A stretch of DNA of 32,000 nt from the NCBI RefSeq assembly GCF_000011325.1, contig NC_003450.3:390001-422000 (forward strand). Direction: 5' to 3'. This document shows, piece by piece, positions 20,547 to 28,437 of this stretch. The DNA is from Corynebacterium glutamicum ATCC 13032. Lineage in GTDB: Bacteria > Actinomycetota > Actinomycetes > Mycobacteriales > Mycobacteriaceae. Every line of letters starts with the position of its first letter. Within the stretch, counting starts at the first letter, position 1. A program made the position numbers and the translations under genes. The notes beneath the pieces were generated by a model. That model was not told the DNA's origin, did not search any database, and saw only the letters and a program-made list of their open reading frames with translations.

Positions 20547-20565
20547 TTAAGTTAGCATAGCCTTA
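20547..20565. promoter_or_regulatory. DtxR-box-like site upstream of htaA
   Basis: TTAAGTTAGCATAGCCTTA compared with TTAGGTTAGCCTAACCTAA gives 15 of 19 matches by hand. It lies in the divergent intergenic region before the heme-uptake operon. Confidence 0.6.
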
Positions 20566-20599
20566 ACTTCATTTGTGCGTTGATTACTTTGATGCAAAC

Positions 20600-20660
20600 A
20601 AAATGATGGCCTGCCCCTGAAACTTTTACGGCTTTCAGAGCGCAGGGCATCATTTTCTTG
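20600..20660 (+). terminator. Terminator-like long imperfect hairpin inside the htaA upstream/leader region
   Basis: Hand fold: 20600-20608 pairs with 20648-20656 (9 bp), 20610-20614 with 20642-20646 (5 bp), and 20617-20622 with 20633-20638 (6 bp), with a 10-nt loop. TTTTCTTG follows at the 3' end and an A-rich run lies 5' of the stem. Confidence 0.4.
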
Positions 20661-20706
20661 TGTCGCCAACACTTGAGAAAAATTGCGGAAAAGGACACTG
20701 CTGTTC

Positions 20707-22548
20707 ATGAAACTTGCACCTCGTATGCGGATGAGGAGCCCCAAAACTTTCGCGGCCCTCGCCTCACTTGCTTTAGTCATAGGTCTCGGCCAGGTACCGA
20801 TCGCCCAAGCTCAAACCGAGTATCGAACCGCCTCCGACGGTTCCCTGAACTGGGGATTTAGGCAATCGTTCCGCAATTACATCCAAACCGGCGTGGCCAA
20901 AGGTTCCATCACGCTTGGCGACGGCGCATCCGACAACGGTGGCAACTTCGCATTCACCCCACGCACCAACGGCACCACCGTGACCAGCGATTCCCAAGGC
21001 ACCGTGGAATTCAACGGCTCCGTGCACTTCCTCGGACACCAGGCAGAGGACAAATGGATCCTGGACACCACCATGTCTGACATCAAAATGGTGTTCAACG
21101 GATCCTCCGCGCAGCTAGTTGTGGATTTGGTTGCCCGCGAATTCAAGGGCACCACCTACGATGACATCGGCGAATACATCATCTCCGACGACATCGTGCT
21201 TGCCGACGTCTCCCTCAACTCCGCCGCCGACTTCTCCCAAGATTCCATCGACCTGTCCGGCACCACCGACCTCACCGCAGCTGGCGCCCAAGCTTTCGGA
21301 GGATTCTACGAAACCGGCGAAGCCCTCGACCCGACCGGCGGCAGCCTGACCATTTCCTCCACCACCACCGCGCCATCGACCAGCACGACCTCCACCTCTG
21401 CCTCAACTTCCGGTGGAACCGCCGACTGTTCCTCCGGCGCATTGGGTGTTGTCACCACCGGAACCAACGACGGCATGCTGGGCACCATCCAGGAAGTAAA
21501 CAACACCTTCGCGATTTGGAACAACCTCATCGTCAACACCGAGCGCATGTTCTGCAACATTGATACCCTCAAGGCGCGCTTCGACACGGATGATTCCAGC
21601 GATTCAGCGACCTCTGCGACTTCTGGGACTACTGCGTCCACCGGCACCACCGCTGCAACTACCGCGGGAACCACGGGTACCACTGGAACTGCCAGCACCG
21701 CTTCCGGAACTTCCGGAACTTCCGGAACCTCCGGCACCGCAGCAACTGTCGCTGGCACCACCCCAACTGACAATGGCGTTTGCACCGCTTCCGGATCTTT
21801 GGGCGTGACCCAAGCATCTGCGCAGTGGGGTGTGAAGGCGTCCTTCCAGAACTACATTCGCGGATCGATCGCCAACGGTAGCTGGACTCTCAACGGCGTT
21901 GGTTTTGATAATCAGCAGTTCCAATTCTCTGGAAATTCCGGAGCAGTCGACGCGGAAAACAAGACCGGCAGCATCAATTTCCCTGGTTCCATCCACTTCA
22001 CGGGTCACGGCGGAATCTTGGACATGCAGATCGCAAACATTGAGATCAGCTTCAACGGCAACTCCGGCGAGCTGATTGCGGATGTCGTTTCCTCTGACAT
22101 GGATGGAAATTCCACCAACTACGGTCGCACTGTCGTGGGCACCCTGAACTTCTCTGCGTTGAATGTTTCTGCAACGGAAGCTTCCGGTTCCGCTTCGGTG
22201 TCCCTGTCACAGTCGGGTTCGCAGGCGTTCGCTGATTTCTACACCCCAGGCACCCAGTTGGATCCGATCAGTTTCAGCGCAACTTTGGGCGGCGACGCCA
22301 GCTGCGCCACCGGATCCACCTCGACCACAGGCGCTGCTGCCACCGCGAACACTGACAACACCGAAGGTGTTGCCGGCGAGGAATCCACCACCCCCGCTAA
22401 CCAAAACAGCCAGTTCCAAATCCGCCAGGCCGCTGCAGATTCCACCGGACTGGATACCACCACCACAATGTTGCTCATCCTCGCGGCGTTCGTTGTCGCA
22501 GGTGGCTCCATGACTCGCTTCACCGTCGGCAACCCGACTGGAAAATAA
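20707..22548 (+). CDS. htaA: HtaA, cell-surface heme-binding protein with two CR (HtaA) domains and a C-terminal membrane anchor
   Basis: ORF 20683..22548. I prefer the ATG at 20707 (AAGGA lies 12 nt upstream), though 20725 and 20731 are also possible. It has a signal peptide ...ALASLALVIGLGQVPIAQAQ. The two CR domains start at LNWGFRQSFRNYI and AQWGVKASFQNYI, each with a VHF.GH motif. The C-terminal TM segment is MLLILAAFVVAGG. Confidence 0.85.
   Translation: MKLAPRMRMRSPKTFAALASLALVIGLGQVPIAQAQTEYRTASDGSLNWGFRQSFRNYIQTGVAKGSITLGDGASDNGGNFAFTPRTNGTTVTSDSQGTVEFNGSVHFLGHQAEDKWILDTTMSDIKMVFNGSSAQLVVDLVAREFKGTTYDDIGEYIISDDIVLADVSLNSAADFSQDSIDLSGTTDLTAAGAQAFGGFYETGEALDPTGGSLTISSTTTAPSTSTTSTSASTSGGTADCSSGALGVVTTGTNDGMLGTIQEVNNTFAIWNNLIVNTERMFCNIDTLKARFDTDDSSDSATSATSGTTASTGTTAATTAGTTGTTGTASTASGTSGTSGTSGTAATVAGTTPTDNGVCTASGSLGVTQASAQWGVKASFQNYIRGSIANGSWTLNGVGFDNQQFQFSGNSGAVDAENKTGSINFPGSIHFTGHGGILDMQIANIEISFNGNSGELIADVVSSDMDGNSTNYGRTVVGTLNFSALNVSATEASGSASVSLSQSGSQAFADFYTPGTQLDPISFSATLGGDASCATGSTSTTGAAATANTDNTEGVAGEESTTPANQNSQFQIRQAAADSTGLDTTTTMLLILAAFVVAGGSMTRFTVGNPTGK
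21703..21738 (+). repeat. 9-bp tandem repeat (TCCGGAACT-like, 4 units) within the Ser/Thr/Gly-rich HtaA linker
   Basis: tccggaact tccggaact tccggaacc tccggcacc encodes (SGT)x4. It sits inside a ~140-codon low-complexity T/S/A/G linker (about 21355-21775). Confidence 0.7.
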
Positions 22549-22556
22549 GGCTTCAC

Positions 22557-23636
22557 ATGAATAACGCTTTTCGACGCACCCTTACATCCGTAGTCCTCGC
22601 CGCTAGCTTGGCCTTAACGGCCTGCGCAAGCTGGGATTCACCTACGGCATCTTCCAATGGTGATCTGATTGAGGAGATCCAGGCAAGCTCCACCTCAACA
22701 GATCCGCGCACCTTCACAGGCTTGAGCATCGTGGAAGATATCGGCGATGTGGTTCCCGTAACCGACAACGCCTCACCAGCTCTGCCAGTTTCTTTGACCG
22801 ACGCTGATGGCAACGACGTGGTGGTGGAGGACGTGTCCCGCATCCTCCCACTGGATCTCTACGGAACCTATTCCAAAACCATCGCTGGCCTGGGACTCGT
22901 GGACAATATTGTGGGTCGTACTGTTAGTTCCACCGAGCCTGCATTGGCGGACACTGAGGTGGTCACCACTGGCGGACACACCCTCAATGCTGAAGCGATC
23001 CTTAATTTACATCCGACTTTGGTGATCATCGACCACTCGATCGGCCCACGCGAAGTCATCGATCAGATCCGCGCAGCTGGTGTCGCCACGGTGATCATGT
23101 CGCCGCAGCGTTCCATTGCCTCAATTGGCGACGACATCCGCGACATCGCCTCCGTCGTTGGACTTCCTGAAGAAGGGGAGAAGCTCGCGGAACGTTCCGT
23201 TGCTGAAGTCGAAGAGGCCAGCACGGTTGTCGATGAACTCACCCCAGAAGATCCCCTCAAAATGGTATTCCTCTATGCCCGCGGAACTGGTGGAGTGTTC
23301 TTCATTTTGGGCGATGCCTATGGTGGACGCGATCTCATTGAAGGCCTGGGCGGCGTCGACATGGCTGCTGAAAAGGGCATCATGGATCTGGCACCAGCCA
23401 ACGCGGAAGCACTTGCCGAACTAAATCCAGACGTCTTCGTGATGATGTCGGAAGGACTAGTCTCGACAGGAGGTATCGACGGTCTTATGGAACGCCCCGG
23501 CATTGCTCAGACAACCGCCGGACAAAACCAACGAGTACTGGCGCTTCCCGATGGTCAATCATTGGCCTTTGGTGCCCAAACTGGCGAGTTGTTGCTCCGC
23601 GCATCCCGCGAACTGTATGTGCAGGGCGGCGAGTAG
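22557..23636 (+). CDS. hmuT: Heme ABC transporter substrate-binding lipoprotein
   Basis: 359 aa. The signal peptide carries the lipobox LALTAC. It has a class III periplasmic-binding-protein fold pattern and is followed by the permease and ATPase genes. Confidence 0.85.
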   Translation: MNNAFRRTLTSVVLAASLALTACASWDSPTASSNGDLIEEIQASSTSTDPRTFTGLSIVEDIGDVVPVTDNASPALPVSLTDADGNDVVVEDVSRILPLDLYGTYSKTIAGLGLVDNIVGRTVSSTEPALADTEVVTTGGHTLNAEAILNLHPTLVIIDHSIGPREVIDQIRAAGVATVIMSPQRSIASIGDDIRDIASVVGLPEEGEKLAERSVAEVEEASTVVDELTPEDPLKMVFLYARGTGGVFFILGDAYGGRDLIEGLGGVDMAAEKGIMDLAPANAEALAELNPDVFVMMSEGLVSTGGIDGLMERPGIAQTTAGQNQRVLALPDGQSLAFGAQTGELLLRASRELYVQGGE

Positions 23637-24713
23637 ATGGTTGTGAAGGAGGTTGACGTCGAAAAGCAAAAAGCTGGCCGGGTGCCTGGTGCTATAGCTA
23701 AGCGTCGGACCGTGCGGATTGTGCTGTTTGTCGCGCTGGGCGCGATCGTGATTGCGGCGTCGCTGTGGTCGATTCTGGTCGGCCAATACACCATCCCGAT
23801 TCGCGATCTACCTGCGATTTTAGCCTCCGGTCCGACCGGTGCGCAGACGATGGCGGAACAAGTCGTGTGGCAAATCCGCATGCCGCGCATCGTGCTGGGA
23901 CTGCTCGTGGGTGCCGCTTTGGGCGTGGCCGGCGCGCTGTTGCAGGCGGTGTTTTCCAACCCGCTGGCGGAACCGTCGATCATCGGCGTGACCTCCGGCG
24001 CGGGCGTGGGTGCTGCTGCGGTGATCGTGTTTAACCTGACATTTTTGGGCACATCCACCGTCGCAGTCGGCGCGTTTATTACCGCGGTGATCACCACGAT
24101 TTTGGTATATCAGCTGGCCAGAAGCCGTGGACGTGTGCAAGTGATCAACCTGATCCTCACAGGCATCGCCATTAATGCAGTATCCGGCGCGCTGACCTCG
24201 TTCTTCATCTACATCGCGCCGACGAGCTCCCGCGAAGAAATTATTTTCTGGCAGATGGGTTCCCTCAACGGCTCGCAATGGGCGCACGTCAACGTGGTGT
24301 TTGTGATCGTGACAATCGGCCTCGTCGCCGCATTTGGCCTGGGCAAACAGCTCGATGTGCTGGCGCTCGGCGAAAGCGCCGCCGGACACGTCGGCCTCAA
24401 CGTGAAGAAACTGCGCATCATCGCGATCGCCGTATCCACCCTCCTCACTGCCGGTGCCGTCGCATACGCGGGACTAATCAGCTTCGTTGGCCTGATCATC
24501 CCGCACCTGCTTCGCACAGTCACCGGACCTGCCAACAAAATCCTCGTACCAGCCTCCGCACTGGGCGGCGCAGCACTGATCAGCGTCTCTGACATCCTCG
24601 CCAGAACGCTCATCCCATACGCTGACCTGCCGATCGGCATTTTCACAGCGCTGGTCGGCGGCCCAACATTCTTCATAATGTTGCGCCGAATGATGAAAAA
24701 GGGCGTGCACTAA
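23637..24713 (+). CDS. hmuU: Heme ABC transporter permease (FecCD family)
   Basis: 358 aa and highly hydrophobic. It has FecCD-type motifs (RMPRIVLGLLVGAALGVAGALLQ, GPTFFIMLRR). It starts directly after the hmuT stop. Confidence 0.9.
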   Translation: MVVKEVDVEKQKAGRVPGAIAKRRTVRIVLFVALGAIVIAASLWSILVGQYTIPIRDLPAILASGPTGAQTMAEQVVWQIRMPRIVLGLLVGAALGVAGALLQAVFSNPLAEPSIIGVTSGAGVGAAAVIVFNLTFLGTSTVAVGAFITAVITTILVYQLARSRGRVQVINLILTGIAINAVSGALTSFFIYIAPTSSREEIIFWQMGSLNGSQWAHVNVVFVIVTIGLVAAFGLGKQLDVLALGESAAGHVGLNVKKLRIIAIAVSTLLTAGAVAYAGLISFVGLIIPHLLRTVTGPANKILVPASALGGAALISVSDILARTLIPYADLPIGIFTALVGGPTFFIMLRRMMKKGVH

Positions 24714-25529
24714 ATGGCCATTGTTTCCCTCGACAACGTCACCGTATCCATTGAAGGAAAAAAGCTTCTCGACGCCGTCTCCCTCAAGGCCTACCCCGGG
24801 GAAGTGTTGGGACTCATCGGCCCAAACGGTGCCGGAAAATCCACTCTGCTGAGTGTCCTTTCAGGCGATCGGCTTCCCGATTCAGGCGAAGTCAACGTCG
24901 GTGGCTTAGATCCCGCAACAGCAGCGGCATCCGATATGGCCAGGGTGCGAGCAGTCATGCTTCAAGATGTCAGCGTGGCATTTTCCTTCCTCGTGTGGGA
25001 CGTCGTAGAAATGGGCAGGCGGCCGTGGCAGAAGGCGTCAACCCCCGAAGAGGATCATGAAATCATCGAAGCAGCGCTTGCCGCCACCTCGGTATCGCAC
25101 CTTGCCGAACGTGAAATCACCACACTGTCAGGCGGCGAGCGGGCACGCGTTGCCTTGTCCCGTGTCCTTGCTCAGCAAACCCCCATTGTGCTGTTGGACG
25201 AACCAACAGCCGCGATGGATATCAGCCACCAAGAACAAACTCTGGGCACAGCGCGAGCACTGGCAGCCGCCGGGGCAGCAGTGATTGTGGTCCTTCATGA
25301 TCTCAATGCGGCCGCTGCATATTGCGACAGCATTGTGTGTCTCAGTGATGGTCGAGTGATTGCCTCCGGTTCTGTTGATCAGGTGTATTCCACGGAAACG
25401 CTGTCCCGTGTTTACGGTTGGCCTATCAGGGTCGATCATAGTGGAAAATATGTTCGAGTGGAGCCGGACCGTTCTGAGGCGAATTTACCCTCCGTACTAC
25501 AGGTGAAAAATACGGTTTCACCAGCTTAG
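24714..25529 (+). CDS. hmuV: Heme ABC transporter ATP-binding protein
   Basis: 271 aa. Walker A is GPNGAGKST, the signature is LSGGERARV, and Walker B is IVLLDEPTAAMD. It starts directly after the hmuU stop. Confidence 0.9.
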   Translation: MAIVSLDNVTVSIEGKKLLDAVSLKAYPGEVLGLIGPNGAGKSTLLSVLSGDRLPDSGEVNVGGLDPATAAASDMARVRAVMLQDVSVAFSFLVWDVVEMGRRPWQKASTPEEDHEIIEAALAATSVSHLAEREITTLSGGERARVALSRVLAQQTPIVLLDEPTAAMDISHQEQTLGTARALAAAGAAVIVVLHDLNAAAAYCDSIVCLSDGRVIASGSVDQVYSTETLSRVYGWPIRVDHSGKYVRVEPDRSEANLPSVLQVKNTVSPA

Positions 25530-25550
25530 ATACATGACTAACTAAGGTTA

Positions 25551-25585
25551 CCCTACCCTCTTTGGGGTAGGGCTCTTCCATTTTT
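25551..25585 (+). terminator. Intrinsic terminator after hmuV
   Basis: ccctaccc (25551-25558) pairs with gggtaggg (25565-25572) as an 8-bp stem, followed by CTCTTCCATTTTT. Confidence 0.55.
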
Positions 25586-25591
25586 GCCAGG

Positions 25592-25610
25592 TTAGGTTAA
25601 GCTAATCTAG
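25592..25610. promoter_or_regulatory. DtxR-box-like site upstream of htaB
   Basis: TTAGGTTAAGCTAATCTAG compared with TTAGGTTAGCCTAACCTAA gives 15 of 19 matches by hand. It ends 33 nt before the htaB ATG. An AGGAG RBS precedes that ATG. Confidence 0.65.
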
Positions 25611-25642
25611 TTTTTATTGCGTTATCGAACAGGAGAACAAAA

Positions 25643-26602
25643 ATGAACAAGCTTGCCACCCGTGCGCTCGTTGCTCTCACGGGATCCGCCATCGCCATGA
25701 CCGGCCTCACCGTAGTCTCGGCTAATGCAGCCGAGAAAACCGGCAAATGCCGCGTTGTCACCACCACAGGAACCGCCGACTGGTCAGTGCGTGAATCATT
25801 CAACAACTACCTTGAAGGTCCAATTGCAAACGGTGCAGCATACAAATACCACGGTGGCATCGAGGTCCGTGACGGTGTAGAAACCACCGGCACGAAGTCA
25901 GCTCGCGAGTTCACCTGGCCAGTACTTGGCAGCGAAGAAGGAGCCGTCAAACTTGGCGGTGGCGTTCACTGGACCGGACACAATCACTACTCCGGCGACG
26001 ACGAGTCCCAGGCGCCAGACAACTTCATCCTTGATCTCGACTTCTCCAACCCAACCGTCAAATTCGATGGCAACGAGGGCACCCTGCTTGTCGACTTCAA
26101 GTCCCGTGAGTTCGTTGATACCAAGACCGTCGCTGACTTCCTCACCGGAACTCAGGCAGAGTTGGCTACCATCACTTTCGATGAGCCAATCGACCTGACC
26201 CAGGAGAACGTCACCGTCACCGGCCAGACCAAGCTGACTGCAACTGGTGTCGATGTCATGGGCACCTTCTACCCAGAAGGTGAAGCACTTGCGCCAATCA
26301 CTTTGAACCTCACCAACGAAGTTGTATGCGACGAGCCTGAAACCCCCGTTGAGCCTGAGGTTCCTGTAGAGCCTGAGACTCCAGTAGATCCGGAAACCTC
26401 GGTCGACCCAGAGACTCCAGTAGATCCGGAAACCTCGGTCGACCCAGAAAAGCCTGGCGATGACAACAAGGATGACGGAAGCAACAGCAGCAGCAACGGC
26501 GATATCCTCGGAATCTTGGGCATCCTCGCAGCGCTTGGTGGCGTTGGTGCACTTGTGTACAACTTCCTGGTAGCTAGCGGATTCCTTGCAGCGTTTAAGT
26601 AA
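25643..26602 (+). CDS. htaB: HtaB, surface heme-binding protein (single CR domain, Pro/Glu-rich stalk, C-terminal TM anchor)
   Basis: 319 aa. It has the signal peptide ...VVSANAAE, a CR domain (ADWSVRESFNNYL ... GGVHWTGHNHY), a PETPVEPEVPVEPETPVDPETSVDPETPVDPETSVDPEKP stalk, and a C-terminal hydrophobic helix. Confidence 0.85.
   Translation: MNKLATRALVALTGSAIAMTGLTVVSANAAEKTGKCRVVTTTGTADWSVRESFNNYLEGPIANGAAYKYHGGIEVRDGVETTGTKSAREFTWPVLGSEEGAVKLGGGVHWTGHNHYSGDDESQAPDNFILDLDFSNPTVKFDGNEGTLLVDFKSREFVDTKTVADFLTGTQAELATITFDEPIDLTQENVTVTGQTKLTATGVDVMGTFYPEGEALAPITLNLTNEVVCDEPETPVEPEVPVEPETPVDPETSVDPETPVDPETSVDPEKPGDDNKDDGSNSSSNGDILGILGILAALGGVGALVYNFLVASGFLAAFK
26375..26446 (+). repeat. Perfect 36-bp tandem duplication (2 units) inside htaB
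   Basis: gagactccagtagatccggaaacctcggtcgaccca occurs at 26375-26410 and again, identically, at 26411-26446. Each unit encodes ETPVDPETSVDP. Confidence 0.9.
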
Positions 26603-27442
26603 ATGAATCGTTTTCCTAGTGCCTTATTAGCAGCCTCTGTCGCGGGGGCTGCGTTGGCCATTCCAGCGACCTCTGCACATGCAGCAGAATCTATTTGTAC
26701 ATTCACCGGCGATGTTGGGTGGAATGTGCGCGATTCTTTCAACAGTTATCTTTTGGGAAACATCGCAAATGGTAGTGCTTATAAATATAAGGGCGGGTTG
26801 GACGTTCGTGACGGCGTCCAGACCGACGGTAACGGCAAAACTCCAGCACTGACCTGGCCAGTTGATTCGGTGACGTCTTCGAAGATTTCCACTTCCGGAG
26901 GCGCGCACTGGACCGGACACAACCTGTACCCCGGTGATGACCTCGCGGAAGTCCCTAACAATTTCACGTTGGATCTTGATTTTTCCAACATCACTGTGGA
27001 GCTGAGTGGTTCTACAGGTCGGTTGTTGGTGGATTACACATCTCGGGAATACATCAACACCCACACGTTGGGTGAGTTTCAAACTGGTGAACAGGCTGAG
27101 CTTGCCACGATTACTTTTGCCAAAGCTCCAGACCTCACCTCTAATTCAGTCAACGTGACTGGCGATGTGGCATTGACTGCTGATGGTGTGGAAGTTTTCG
27201 GTGGTTTCTACACGGCAGGGGAGGAGTTGGCGCCAATCACGCTGAATCTCACTGCAGATGAGGGATGTGGATCGACCCCCGAGCCGGAGGACCCAGAAAC
27301 CCCTTCTGCATCGTCTTCTGATGTCAGCAGCAGTTCCTTCGGGGATACGATTACTCAGGTGTTGTCGATTGGTTCGATGGTGGGCATGGCTGGTTTGTTG
27401 TTCACGATCGTGAATTACTTCATCCAAAGCTTCGCCCCATAA
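26603..27442 (+). CDS. htaC: HtaC, HtaB paralog (single CR domain, acidic Ser-rich stalk, C-terminal TM anchor)
   Basis: 279 aa. The ATG lies directly after the htaB stop. It has the signal peptide ...PATSAHAAE and a CR domain (VGWNVRDSFNSYL ... GGAHWTGHNLY). It is collinear with HtaB. Confidence 0.8.
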   Translation: MNRFPSALLAASVAGAALAIPATSAHAAESICTFTGDVGWNVRDSFNSYLLGNIANGSAYKYKGGLDVRDGVQTDGNGKTPALTWPVDSVTSSKISTSGGAHWTGHNLYPGDDLAEVPNNFTLDLDFSNITVELSGSTGRLLVDYTSREYINTHTLGEFQTGEQAELATITFAKAPDLTSNSVNVTGDVALTADGVEVFGGFYTAGEELAPITLNLTADEGCGSTPEPEDPETPSASSSDVSSSSFGDTITQVLSIGSMVGMAGLLFTIVNYFIQSFAP

Positions 27443-27461
27443 ACCCATAAACCCATAAACC
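27438..27461 (+). repeat. 8-bp microsatellite (CATAAACC x3) spanning the htaC stop codon
   Basis: Three perfect units lie at 27438-27445, 27446-27453 and 27454-27461. The TAA in each unit falls in a different reading frame. Confidence 0.9.
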
Positions 27462-27467
27462 AGAAAA

Positions 27468-27504
27468 AAATCGCTGTCACCGTAGAGGTGGCAGCGATTT
27501 TCTT
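27468..27504. terminator. Intrinsic terminator between convergent htaC and the DUF2993 gene
   Basis: aaatcgctgtcac (27468-27480) pairs with gtggcagcgattt (27488-27500) as a 13-bp stem with one G-U pair. An A-run lies upstream and TTTTCTTCG lies downstream. Confidence 0.75.
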
Positions 27505-27541
27505 CGTTTAGGACTAAAAGTCACAGACGCGAAAGCGCTCT

Positions 27542-28354
27542 TTACTGTGCGGCTTCTAGGGTCTGGATGTTGATGTTGTCTCCGGTCAGGGTGACGTTGA
27601 TGCCAGCGTCGACAACTTCGAGGCTTTGGATTTGCAGGCCACCGGCTACTTCATTGATTGATGATTGCAGTGCGTCGGTGAGCATTTGGGAGATTTCATC
27701 GGGGAGGCCGAATCCGAAGAGTTGGGAATCTACGATCTCAAAGCCGAGTTGGCCGTTCGTTACGATGGGGTGCAGTGAGGCTCGGGCGGCGCCGTCGGTG
27801 AATTCAACTTCGATGGTTTGATTAGCTGCATCGGAAGTAATGTCGGTGACTTTGATGAGTTCCTGGATAAGCTGTTCTGCGAATCCTTGGGAGGTGCTGT
27901 TCCCGCCGGTTGCTTCGGCCATCTGCTGTTGGATGGTTGCCAGGATGAAATCGTCGGTTGCCAATGTGGTTAAGGTGAGGTGGTCTGCGACTGGGTTGTC
28001 GCGGTCACCGATATCAAGCCCTTGGAGTTGGATAGTTGACTCTGGTGTGCCACTGATGGAGGGGACACCGTCTTGGTTAGTGATGGATACGGAGTCGGGG
28101 GTGTCGATTGTGACTTCATTGATGCTTCCCCGAGCGATGCCTAACAGGAGTGGGGATGCGCCGAAGCTGATGGAGGGCTCTTCAGTTGCAGAGATTCCTT
28201 GTGAGGAAGCCTGAGCTTGGAACTCATCTTTCAGTTGTTTTCCGATCATGAAGCGCAGCCCGAATTCTGCTACCAGCACGAGCAGGAGCAGGATCACCAC
28301 GATGGTGAGCAGGACTTTAGGTAAAGCAGATTTCTTTGATTTAGCCACGCCCAC
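27542..28354 (-). CDS. DUF2993 / LmeA-like membrane-anchored protein
   Basis: 270 aa with a GTG start preceded by AAGGAA. It has an N-terminal TM segment (VLLTIVVILLLLVLVAEF) and then the DUF2993-type pattern SISFGASPLLLGIARGSINEVTID. The C-terminus ends ...VDAGINVTLTGD. Confidence 0.55.
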   Translation of the reverse strand: MGVAKSKKSALPKVLLTIVVILLLLVLVAEFGLRFMIGKQLKDEFQAQASSQGISATEEPSISFGASPLLLGIARGSINEVTIDTPDSVSITNQDGVPSISGTPESTIQLQGLDIGDRDNPVADHLTLTTLATDDFILATIQQQMAEATGGNSTSQGFAEQLIQELIKVTDITSDAANQTIEVEFTDGAARASLHPIVTNGQLGFEIVDSQLFGFGLPDEISQMLTDALQSSINEVAGGLQIQSLEVVDAGINVTLTGDNINIQTLEAAQ

Positions 28355-28437
28355 TAGTGTTCCTTATCCGGCTGAGGTTGGAAAGTTGCAAACCAGGTTA
28401 ATCACCTAAAAGGTTCCTGTCAGCACGCGTAAAACAA

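Noticed and set aside
21306-22008. Minus-strand ORFs (159 and 134 aa) inside htaA
   Set aside because: They are antisense to the Ser/Thr/Gly low-complexity linker, where repetitive GC-rich codons keep several frames open.
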